NCBI GenBank assembly: GCA_035559535.1
Contig: DATMBG010000032.1
Location: 124,001 to 147,039, forward strand
Direction: 5' to 3'
Origin: Candidatus Limnocylindrales bacterium
Lineage (GTDB): Bacteria; Moduliflexota; Moduliflexia; Moduliflexales; JAUQPW01
Length of the DNA: 23,039 nucleotides
Position 1 is the stretch's first letter. Each line of letters opens with the position of its first letter. This document shows positions 1-7,601 of the stretch, in pieces. The notes under the pieces were generated by a model that saw only the letters and a program-made list of their open reading frames with translations, was not told where the DNA came from and did not search any database. The position numbers and the translations under genes are program-made.

Positions 1-1
1 A

Positions 2-103
2 AATCCAGGCTGTATCTTACAGATTAGAATGGGAGTCCAAAAGCACGGAATGTCGGCTGAGGTTCTACATCCTGTAGAATTATTAGCACAAGCCTACGAG
101 TAA
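2..103 (+). CDS. 3' end (partial) of a CCG-domain Fe-S oxidoreductase, GlcF-like
   Basis: Manual translation of frame 2 gives NPGCILQIRMGVQKHGMSAEVLHPVELLAQAYE*. NPGCxxQI...HPVELL..AY is the typical C-terminus of GlcF/CCG-domain proteins. Not in the ORF track. Confidence 0.75.
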   Translation, partial: NPGCILQIRMGVQKHGMSAEVLHPVELLAQAYE

Positions 104-108
104 GGATC

Positions 109-441
109 ATGTCGCGTTTTAAACATCACATCTTTATTTGTATTAATGTACGTCCCCCGGGTCATGCGAAGGGATGCTGCTCCGAGAAGGGATCTGAAAA
201 AATAGCCGAACTTTTTAAAGAAGAACTTTATCGCCGGGGCTTCAAGGGCATCATTCGAGCTAATAAGGCGGGTTGTCTTGATGCCTGCGAATTCGGTCCT
301 TCCGTTGTGATCTACCCGGAAGGAGTCTGGTATGGAAATGTTCGAACCCCAGAAGATGTCATGGAAATTATCGAACGGCATCTCATCGGTGGGGAAGTGG
401 TTGAGCGCCTTCGGATCCCGGATGAAAAGTTTAGGAGGTGA
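109..441 (+). CDS. Thioredoxin-like [2Fe-2S] ferredoxin
   Basis: HIFICIN...GCC...GCLDACEFGPSVVIYPEGVWYG...IIERHLIGG pattern; SD-like TAAGGA just upstream. Confidence 0.9.
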   Translation: MSRFKHHIFICINVRPPGHAKGCCSEKGSEKIAELFKEELYRRGFKGIIRANKAGCLDACEFGPSVVIYPEGVWYGNVRTPEDVMEIIERHLIGGEVVERLRIPDEKFRR

Positions 442-1528
442 AGGAAAAGCAGGCCATAAGCCGGATAAAATTCGCCGTATTCTGGTTATCCGGGCCGGTG
501 CCTTGGGAGATACCCTTCTCATGCTTCCCTTAATCCGGGCTTTAAGACAGGCCTTTCCTGAAGCCTACCTGGAGGTCATGGGTTATGTGGAACGGTTGCA
601 ACTTGTTTTGGGTGAGGCCTATGCCCATCACATCAGCTCTATCGAGCGCAGGGGCCTGGAAGCTTTTTTTGTAAAAGATGCGCCTCTTCCTCCCGATTTA
701 GTCCGCTTCTTCGGGAGTTTTGATTTAATCCTCTCCTACAAACAGGATCCAGAAGGACTCTGGACCGAAAATCTCGGTAAAACAGGGGCAACCCTGGTTT
801 ATAATTTCAATCCCTTTCCTTCCCAAGAAAACCCCATTCATGTTGTAAAATATCTCCTCAATACCTTAAAAAGATTAGACTTGAATCTAGAAACAGCCCA
901 TTTACCCGGGAACGCTGAAGATTTTACCGGTGAACAAATACCCGACCTCTATTATCCCAGAATTCAACCTCCTCCCTGGGCCCAAGAGGAAGCTCACCTG
1001 TTTTGGAAAGAGAATCGGCTTCCCATGGAAAGGGAGTACCCGGTCTTGGCCGTCCATCCAGGGAGTGGAAGCTTAAAAAAAGTCTGGCCTCCTGAGAAAT
1101 TTGCCCGGGTTTGTCTGGAAGCCTCTAAATCTTATCAGGCTCGCATTCTCCTCATTTCAGGACCTGCAGATAAAGAAAATGTTCAAAAAGTACTTGAACT
1201 TTCCCAAGGGATACATCCGGTCCCGGTCGAAAATAAACCCCTCTGGCTTCTGGCCGCTATTTTGGAGCGTTGCCGGATTTACCTGGGAAACGATTCGGGC
1301 GTAACCCACCTGGCAGCTGCCGTTGGTACCCCTGTCATTGCACTCTTTGGGCCCAGTCATCCTAAAATCTGGAGACCTCTTGGAAAAAAGGTCAAAATCC
1401 TTCAGGCTGAAATAAAAATGACGTCTGTTCATCCGACCCTTCCTGCTGTCGAGAACCTTTCTGGAGGATTAGAATCCCTGCCGGTTACCACCGTGATGGA
1501 GGCCCTGGATGCAATGATCCTCCATTAG
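422..1528 (+). CDS. Glycosyltransferase family 9 (ADP-heptose:LPS heptosyltransferase-like)
   Basis: ILVIRAGALGDTLL, HPGSGSLKKVWP, GNDSGVTHLAAAVGTPVIALFGP motifs. Start moved from 332 to the in-frame ATG at 422 to avoid a long overlap with the ferredoxin. Confidence 0.9.
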   Translation: MKSLGGEGKAGHKPDKIRRILVIRAGALGDTLLMLPLIRALRQAFPEAYLEVMGYVERLQLVLGEAYAHHISSIERRGLEAFFVKDAPLPPDLVRFFGSFDLILSYKQDPEGLWTENLGKTGATLVYNFNPFPSQENPIHVVKYLLNTLKRLDLNLETAHLPGNAEDFTGEQIPDLYYPRIQPPPWAQEEAHLFWKENRLPMEREYPVLAVHPGSGSLKKVWPPEKFARVCLEASKSYQARILLISGPADKENVQKVLELSQGIHPVPVENKPLWLLAAILERCRIYLGNDSGVTHLAAAVGTPVIALFGPSHPKIWRPLGKKVKILQAEIKMTSVHPTLPAVENLSGGLESLPVTTVMEALDAMILH

Positions 1529-1593
1529 AAGCCCTGCTTCAAACGTAGCAGCATTGTTACCACCGTAATGGAGGCCCTGGATGCAATGATCCT
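1484..1593 (+). repeat. 38-bp direct repeat pair (1484-1521 and 1556-1593) separated by 34 bp
   Basis: GTTACCACCGT(G/A)ATGGAGGCCCTGGATGCAATGATCCT occurs twice with 1 mismatch. Confidence 0.95.
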
Positions 1594-1646
1594 GTCCCCT
1601 TAAACTCTGTTACCAACACCACAATAAGGTTGAGGATTTCTCGCTC

Positions 1647-1769
1647 GTCAAACGAGGACGTTCGACCTACTTACAATGCTTTCTTCTCATCTGATCTCTG
1701 AAAGAATCGGAATCTGTTTGATCTAATTGCTTTGCTCAAATCTAAGTAGGTCAACCGTCCTCGGTTAAT
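1647..1769. repeat. Inverted pair of GTAG-type REP-like palindromes
   Basis: GTCAAACGAGGACGTTCGACCTAC (1647-1670) and GTAGGTCAACCGTCCTCGGTTAAT (1746-1769) are near reverse complements. Each has an internal hairpin and a GTAG/CTAC foot. Confidence 0.7.
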
Positions 1770-1820
1770 GGAATTGACAGAGAATTATACCTTTTCACCC
1801 TGAAAAGGTTACGTATTTTC

Positions 1821-1849
1821 TTGACTTAACCCTCAACTTCGGTTAATCT
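1821..1849 (+). promoter_or_regulatory. Putative sigma70 promoter
   Basis: TTGACT-17 bp-TAATCT upstream of the ATG at 1926. Confidence 0.5.
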
Positions 1850-1925
1850 CTAGCATCTGATTGTGTCTTAATAATCCAATTACACGAGCACTTTTTATTT
1901 TATTAAAGGAAAAGGAGAAGAAGCC

Positions 1926-3092
1926 ATGAGGTTTATAAAATCCTTGTATTTTATTCTGTTTGGAATGGCCTTTTGGTTACCCCATATGGCCGATACCTAT
2001 GCCCAGAGACCCGAAAGACCCAGGCCGCCTACAGATCGTGGAGAAGGGCCCAAGACGTCGATTGAACGTATTATTCCGGTCCCCCGGCAAGGTGAAGTTA
2101 ACCTCAGCATCTGGACCAATAAAGGATGCGGATCCACCTATTATACGGGAGAATACATTGATGTTTCCTTTACGGTGGATCAGGATAGTTATGTCACACT
2201 TTATGATATTGATTCTACGGGAAATGTAACGGTTCTGTTTCCTAACTCATATTCTCGAGATAACCTGGCCAGGGCGGGTCGTGTCTATACAATACCCAAC
2301 AAATATTCAGGGTATAATTTGATGATTGAAGGCCCTTCAGGGCTGGAACTTTTGGAGGGAATTACTTCTACAGATGGATATTACCACTGGTTCTTTGATG
2401 GGGTAAGTGTACCTCCCATCTGGTCCAACGAGTGGGGAAATCCTACGACATGGGGAGGAAAATATACCCGTGAACCTCTCCCAGGGCCCGATGGAGAGCC
2501 TCCGGTTGTTACCAGACGATTTGAAAAAAGGCTCCAGTATCAGGGACCTCGGGATCCAAATCAAATTGCAAACTATATCCGCGAACAAATTCGGGATCAA
2601 TCTCGAACAAAAATTCAGCCGGGCTACCAGTGGGGGCGTGCTTCCTGTGCCTTTTATGTTATTCATTATCTGGGTTATACCGAGTATGACCCCGGCTTTG
2701 AGTCCTCTCCCCCGTCTTATCCTTCTCAACCTTACCCTGTGCAACCCTATCCCCCCTCTATGGCCCCATCTTATCCGTATTCACCTCAATTTTTTGGTCC
2801 TCCCCCTTATTCTCCTACGGCCCCGCAACCTTACCCTGTACAGCCTTATCCATCGCAGCCCTATCCCTCTCAGGCTTCTGACCGTACTCTGTCTGTCAAT
2901 TCTATTCCTCCCCAGGCCCATGTTTTTCTAGATGAGCAATATTATGGAATGACTCCTCTGACACTTTATAACGTGGCAGCCGGCCCTCATCGATTACGGA
3001 TTGAGAAACCGGGATATATAACTTATGAGCAGGTGATCCAGATAAAGGATCGGGGTCCCACGCAAATTAATGCTTATTTACCATCTTCTTGA
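1926..3092 (+). CDS. Secreted protein: DUF4384-like domain, Pro/Tyr/Gln-rich linker, C-terminal PEGA domain
   Basis: Signal peptide; WTNKG..YYTGE.I.VSF.V.QDSYV.LYDIDS.G.V.VLFPN (DUF4384-like); LSVNSIPPQAHVFLD...GMTPL...GPHRLRIEKPGY (PEGA); SD AAGGAG. Confidence 0.8.
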   Translation: MRFIKSLYFILFGMAFWLPHMADTYAQRPERPRPPTDRGEGPKTSIERIIPVPRQGEVNLSIWTNKGCGSTYYTGEYIDVSFTVDQDSYVTLYDIDSTGNVTVLFPNSYSRDNLARAGRVYTIPNKYSGYNLMIEGPSGLELLEGITSTDGYYHWFFDGVSVPPIWSNEWGNPTTWGGKYTREPLPGPDGEPPVVTRRFEKRLQYQGPRDPNQIANYIREQIRDQSRTKIQPGYQWGRASCAFYVIHYLGYTEYDPGFESSPPSYPSQPYPVQPYPPSMAPSYPYSPQFFGPPPYSPTAPQPYPVQPYPSQPYPSQASDRTLSVNSIPPQAHVFLDEQYYGMTPLTLYNVAAGPHRLRIEKPGYITYEQVIQIKDRGPTQINAYLPSS

Positions 3093-3158
3093 CCCCATTT
3101 ACCTGGGGAGCTACAAGAGTAACTCTCTAAAAAGAAATAACTCCAATACCTCCTGGTC

Positions 3159-3187
3159 TGCCACGGCAACGTCATGTGGCCGTGGCA
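3159..3187. terminator. Hairpin between convergent genes (possible terminator or REP)
   Basis: TGCCACGGC-11 nt-GCCGTGGCA perfect 9-bp stem; no clear U-tract. Confidence 0.4.
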
Positions 3188-3207
3188 AGGTGTTGAATTT
3201 TTAAATC

Positions 3208-4590
3208 TTATCGAATCCAGCCTTTTCCCATCCAGCGCAAACCCATAATCCCCAATCGGGTCAGCATAAACAGGGTAATGCCGATCCAGACACCTTGGAG
3301 ATTTCCGCCAACAGCTCCCCCCAACCAGGTTAAGAGAATTCCCAGTAATCCCAGGGAGACCATGGAATTTCGAATAAAAACCATATCCGATGCACCGATC
3401 AGAAGACCATCTAACACAAAGAGGACAGAATTGGGAATCTGCATGCCTGCCAGCAGTCCAAAAATTGAGTTTACGGTCTCCAATACTTGGGGGTCTTGGG
3501 TAAAAATCCTGGGTAAAAGATCTTGCAACATTAAAAATCCAAGGCAAAAGATAGTTCCCAATCCGAGGCCCCACCGACATAAGCGGTTTCCGATAAATCG
3601 AGCATAGTTGACCTGGCCGGCTCCCAAGGCTTTTCCAACTAGGGCCTGGCCGGCAATAGCCAGGCTATCCAATAACAAAGCTGAAAAGGTCCACAACTGC
3701 CACCCCACTTGATGGGCGGCTAAAGAAGCCGTTCCAAAGCCTGCTGCCATTCGGGATCCGGTAAATAAGGCGGCTTGCAGGGCAAGGGTTCGGAGTAACA
3801 GATCACGGCTTATAGCCAACATATCCCCAAGGATTTCCCAGCGAGGCCGGAGAACAGCGGTTCGTAGACGAAGGTTGATAAATCGGCTACTTTTTATCTT
3901 TTGGATCACTCCGGGATTGGATTCTGGATTTTGAACTTTCTGAGGGCTACCTACAGCCCGCAGACTGCGGCCTACAAATAATAAAAAGGTAACCCCACCA
4001 ACCCAGGTAGCTATTACCGTAGCCCAGGCTGCTCCCACGATTCTAAAGGCAGGTATCCCCAAGGTGGGCCAGCCAAAAATTAAGATAATACTTAAAAGTG
4101 CATTGAGAAGGTTCATACCGGTGGCGATCATCCAAGGGGTTTTGGTATTTTGAAGTCCACGGAATATTCCATTACCTAAACGAATCCATAAACCGGGAAT
4201 TCCTCCCAGGGCTCGGATGGAAAGGTAGAGGGATCCCATGGAAAGGACCTCTGGAGTTACGTGGAGAAGTTGGAGAAACGGACGGGAGAAGAAAAACAGG
4301 ACTCCGGTTATCAAAAACCCGAGCACGGTGGCCAGCCATCCCATCTGGATGGCTTCCTGGATGAGAAGATCTATTTCTCCGGCTCCGAACCTTCGAGATA
4401 ATCGGGCCGTAGTTCCATATTCGAGAAAAATCAGGTTGGTAAATAAGAAGTTCAGCAGAGTATTGGCCGCTCCCAGTGTTGCCAACTCAGTCGATCCCAG
4501 ATGACCTACCAGAGCCGTATCCAAAAGACCCATTAAAGGCTCTGCGGCCAGAGTTCCCAGAGCAGGAATGGCTAATTTAAGGATATGTTG
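3208..4590 (-). CDS. MATE family efflux transporter, DinF-like (start uncertain)
   Basis: DTALVGHLG, GIFRGLQNTKTP, LAAHQV, LDSLAIAGQALVG, VLDGLLIGASD. The frame stays open upstream of ATG 4533 and encodes the conserved ILKLAIPALGTLAAEPL, so the true start is further upstream; the 5' coordinate is approximate. Confidence 0.88.
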   Translation of the reverse strand, partial: QHILKLAIPALGTLAAEPLMGLLDTALVGHLGSTELATLGAANTLLNFLFTNLIFLEYGTTARLSRRFGAGEIDLLIQEAIQMGWLATVLGFLITGVLFFFSRPFLQLLHVTPEVLSMGSLYLSIRALGGIPGLWIRLGNGIFRGLQNTKTPWMIATGMNLLNALLSIILIFGWPTLGIPAFRIVGAAWATVIATWVGGVTFLLFVGRSLRAVGSPQKVQNPESNPGVIQKIKSSRFINLRLRTAVLRPRWEILGDMLAISRDLLLRTLALQAALFTGSRMAAGFGTASLAAHQVGWQLWTFSALLLDSLAIAGQALVGKALGAGQVNYARFIGNRLCRWGLGLGTIFCLGFLMLQDLLPRIFTQDPQVLETVNSIFGLLAGMQIPNSVLFVLDGLLIGASDMVFIRNSMVSLGLLGILLTWLGGAVGGNLQGVWIGITLFMLTRLGIMGLRWMGKGWIR

Positions 4591-4663
4591 ATGGCTTGAT
4601 TCTCTTTCCGATTCTTTTCCAGTGGAACCTTTATGGCCGGTTAAAGAAAAAATAGACAGATGA

Positions 4664-4714
4664 GTAGTAACGACTTTAGCCCTTTGGGTGAAAGACGGCT
4701 AAAATCGTTACGAC
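4664..4714. repeat. GTAG-type REP-like long hairpin
   Basis: GTAGTAACGACTTTAGCC...GGCTAAAATCGTTACGAC, an 18-bp arm pair with 2 mismatches. Confidence 0.75.
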
Positions 4715-4723
4715 GAGGGAACA

Positions 4724-6613
4724 TTAGGAGAGATATGTATATCCGTTTAGCTCATTGTTATAATATTCAAGGATCTTCTCACTTTCTTCTTTACTGAGTT
4801 TTCCATCTCGTACCAATCGATCGGCCAGAGTCTGGAGTGAGGCTTGCATAAGGTCTCTGTTATATCTCACATAGCTTAACATATCACTAACCGAGTGGCC
4901 TCTCACAATCTGTTTGATATACCAGTTTCCTCGTTCATCGATGACGATAAGGGCTTCATTGACACTTCCGAAGAGGTTATGGAAATCCCCCATGACATCT
5001 TGATAGGCCCCTAACAGGCAAACCCCGATGTAATAAGGGTCTTTAGTAAGGGGGTGGAGTCGGATAGTCTCTTTGATCTCCCGAATGTCGATAAAGCGAT
5101 CCACTTTTCCATCTGAATCGCAAGTCAAATCCACCAGGGTTGCCTCGATGGTAGGTTCTTCATCGAGCCGATGGATAGGTAGAATAGGAAACAGGTGATC
5201 GATGGCCCAGCTATCCGGCATGGATTGAAATACCGAGAAGTTACAGATATACTTGCTGGACAATAACTTCCGTAGTCGAAGAAACTCTTCAGAGAGTCGA
5301 TTGATGGGTTGGGTGAGTTGCTGGACCTTTTCAGAGATTTCCCAGAACAGTATTTCCCCATAAGCCCGATCTTCCAGACTCAAATAACCTAAATTGAACA
5401 GTGTAAAGAGCTCTTCTTTTTGTTGTAAGGCATCATGGTAGTATTCACGGTAGTTCTTTGCGTTGATACCCTGCCAGATATCATAGAGCTCTTTAACTAC
5501 ATGGGCGGTGTCTTCGGTTATCTTTACCTCATGGATCTCATCGTAGGGGTATTCTATTTCTCCAAGCACATTCATAACCAGCATCGAGTGGTAGGCCACT
5601 AAAGCCCGGCCACTTTCGGTTATGATGGTAGGTTTGGGCACATCTTCGCTTTTACAAATCTCCCCTATGGTATACACAACGGTATTTGCATATTCCTGAA
5701 TAGAATAATTGATACTGGAATCAAAAGAGGTTTTGCTCCCATCGTAGTCCACACCTAATCCACCACCTACATTGAGATAGATCAATTGAGGAGTTTCTTT
5801 CTTAAGCTTTGCATAAACCCGGGCTGCCTCTTTCACCGCACCCTGTATTTTTTCAATGTCGGTTATCTGGGACCCAATGTGGAAATGAACCATTTGCAGG
5901 CAATTCAACATATTATTATCAGAGAGCATTCGAATACATTGGAGCATTTCAATGGTACTGAGCCCAAATTTAGCCGCTTCCCCACCTGATTTTTCCCATC
6001 GTCCACTCCCTTTAGAGGTTAATTTAGCTCTCAGTCCGATAGGGGGGCGAATTCCCATTTCCTTGGAGATTTGGATAATTCTTTCCAATTCTGCAGCGTA
6101 CTCCACCACCAGAACGACGTTTTTACCCAGTTTTAAACCGGCTAAAGCCATGCGAATAAACTTATCATCCTTGTAACCGTTACAGATAAGTAAGGCATGG
6201 GGATTATCCAATAAATACAGACCGATAAGTAATTCAGCTTTGCTACCAACTTCGAGTCCCAGATTGTATTTTTTTCCCACTCTCAAGAGTTCTTCGGTGA
6301 CTTCTTTTCTTTGATTCACCTTAATGGGAAAGGCACACATGTAATCGCCGCCGTAGTTAAACTCGGTCATGGCATTTTTGAAGCTCTCATGGAGTAGTTT
6401 AACCTGAGTTTCCAGGATCTGAGGGAAACGTAAAACAATCGGTAGGGATACATTCTTTTGAACCAGGGCATCCACAACTTGCTTGATATCGATACTTCGA
6501 GTATCTTCCTTCGAAGGTTTTACCATGAGATGTCCTTGTTTGTTAACACTGAAATACCCGGCTCCCCATCTCTCTACACCATAAGTTTTTATAGAATCGG
6601 TGATGTTCCACAT
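4724..6613 (-). CDS. speA: Biosynthetic arginine decarboxylase
   Basis: FPIKVNQ (PLP lysine), GLEVGSKAEL, HFHIGSQI, GGGLGVDYDGSK, NFSVFQSMPDSWAI, DLTCDSDGK, GAYQDVMGDFHNLFG, GYTYL; 629 aa. Confidence 0.97.
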   Translation of the reverse strand: MWNITDSIKTYGVERWGAGYFSVNKQGHLMVKPSKEDTRSIDIKQVVDALVQKNVSLPIVLRFPQILETQVKLLHESFKNAMTEFNYGGDYMCAFPIKVNQRKEVTEELLRVGKKYNLGLEVGSKAELLIGLYLLDNPHALLICNGYKDDKFIRMALAGLKLGKNVVLVVEYAAELERIIQISKEMGIRPPIGLRAKLTSKGSGRWEKSGGEAAKFGLSTIEMLQCIRMLSDNNMLNCLQMVHFHIGSQITDIEKIQGAVKEAARVYAKLKKETPQLIYLNVGGGLGVDYDGSKTSFDSSINYSIQEYANTVVYTIGEICKSEDVPKPTIITESGRALVAYHSMLVMNVLGEIEYPYDEIHEVKITEDTAHVVKELYDIWQGINAKNYREYYHDALQQKEELFTLFNLGYLSLEDRAYGEILFWEISEKVQQLTQPINRLSEEFLRLRKLLSSKYICNFSVFQSMPDSWAIDHLFPILPIHRLDEEPTIEATLVDLTCDSDGKVDRFIDIREIKETIRLHPLTKDPYYIGVCLLGAYQDVMGDFHNLFGSVNEALIVIDERGNWYIKQIVRGHSVSDMLSYVRYNRDLMQASLQTLADRLVRDGKLSKEESEKILEYYNNELNGYTYLS

Positions 6614-6736
6614 CTTTCACAAATACCCCCTTTTGGCTAGGTAGGTTAACTTTATTAAGTCACCTAATTAATTGAAAGAAACCTCCTACTTCTGAGCTGA
6701 CTCCCCTGGTTATCCAGGCTTTATAGATTCCTATCT

Positions 6737-6765
6737 AATTTAGGTAAGTTTAAAAGAAATGTAAA
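6737..6765 (-). promoter_or_regulatory. Putative sigma70 promoter of speA
   Basis: Minus strand TTTACA-17 bp-TAAATT. Confidence 0.45.
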
Positions 6766-6967
6766 GATTTTTATAAGGATTGACTCAAGGATTTTTCTAA
6801 TCTTAAGGGGAGGGGAAACGGAGCTTTCACGGGTAGGTTTATCAGGCCCCTTTTTCCCCATCTTTTCCCGTTATGGTCCGGCAGGTAGGACGCTACCCCA
6901 AGGCCTCCTTCCCTGGGATGGCGGAGAGAGTTTTGGTGGGATCTATTCCCTTGGATTCCTAGAAAAC

Positions 6968-7102
6968 CTACTGCTTTGTTACTTTAATTTTGCTTAATGT
7001 TTAAGTGACCCTCACCCCCGGCCCCTCTCCCACGCTGCGGAAGAGGGGAGCTGGGGAGTGAAAGCAGCCCTATGAGGTCAAAATTAAGGTAACAGTATAC
7101 TA
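6968..7102. mobile_element. MITE-like element, copy 1 (135 bp)
   Basis: About 95% identical to 22542-22676; imperfect ~25-bp terminal inverted repeats (TGTTACTTTAATTTTG / CAAAATTAAGGTAACA core); TA at both ends. Confidence 0.8.
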
Positions 7103-7157
7103 CCCTTCGGGGTGATTTTGTAAGGCTGCTTTGGATGGGAGAGTTAATTTTTACCTC

Positions 7158-7532
7158 TTATTCCGCTCTTTCCAATTTAACTTCGGTTCCGGAACGTACT
7201 TTTTTAAAAGCTTTTGGATCTCCCAGGACTTTTCCAAGCGGATTGACGGCGCTGGCCGGCTTGGGTTTAGGGCCGCTACTGACCGGGGTAGGACCAAAGA
7301 AGATACAGAAGGCATGACCCGGTGGCCAATAACCCAGGTCTCCCACCTCAACCTCTTCGGTGGGATTTTCTGCTTTAGCCTGAACCGGAATGCTGAAATA
7401 GATCTCATCCCCCCAGGTATTACCTCTAGCCTGAATAGGGAGGGCATCCCATATGGCTTTGGCCGTTTGAGAATCATTCAGTTGAGCTTCCATTTCGACT
7501 TCACCTGCGGTAATTTTTATCTTTTTAGGCAT
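7158..7532 (-). CDS. Cyclophilin-like fold protein (TM1367/AF2241-type)
   Basis: TAKAIWDALP, WGDEIYF, GDLGYWPPGHAFCIFFGPTP, PASAVNPLG; SD AAAGGA. Confidence 0.88.
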   Translation of the reverse strand: MPKKIKITAGEVEMEAQLNDSQTAKAIWDALPIQARGNTWGDEIYFSIPVQAKAENPTEEVEVGDLGYWPPGHAFCIFFGPTPVSSGPKPKPASAVNPLGKVLGDPKAFKKVRSGTEVKLERAE

Positions 7533-7601
7533 CCTTTAAAGAGGAAGGGATCAGGGGACCTTTTACCGTGAATCGGGTGTACCGGCTCCCTCATCCCTTC
7601 A

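Noticed and set aside
332..421. Long N-terminal extension of GT9
   Set aside because: Overlaps the ferredoxin gene and shows no family similarity; ATG 422 is more plausible.
1484..1620. CRISPR mini-array (38-bp repeat, 34-bp spacer, repeat starting GTT)
   Set aside because: Only two copies, the first is GT9 coding sequence, there is no palindrome or GAAAC-type end, and no cas genes are in the window.
3860..3965. Extra-long central loop of the MATE with TGGATT-like micro-repeats
   Set aside because: The central loop of MATEs is variable in length, and the repeat signal is too weak to call an inserted element.
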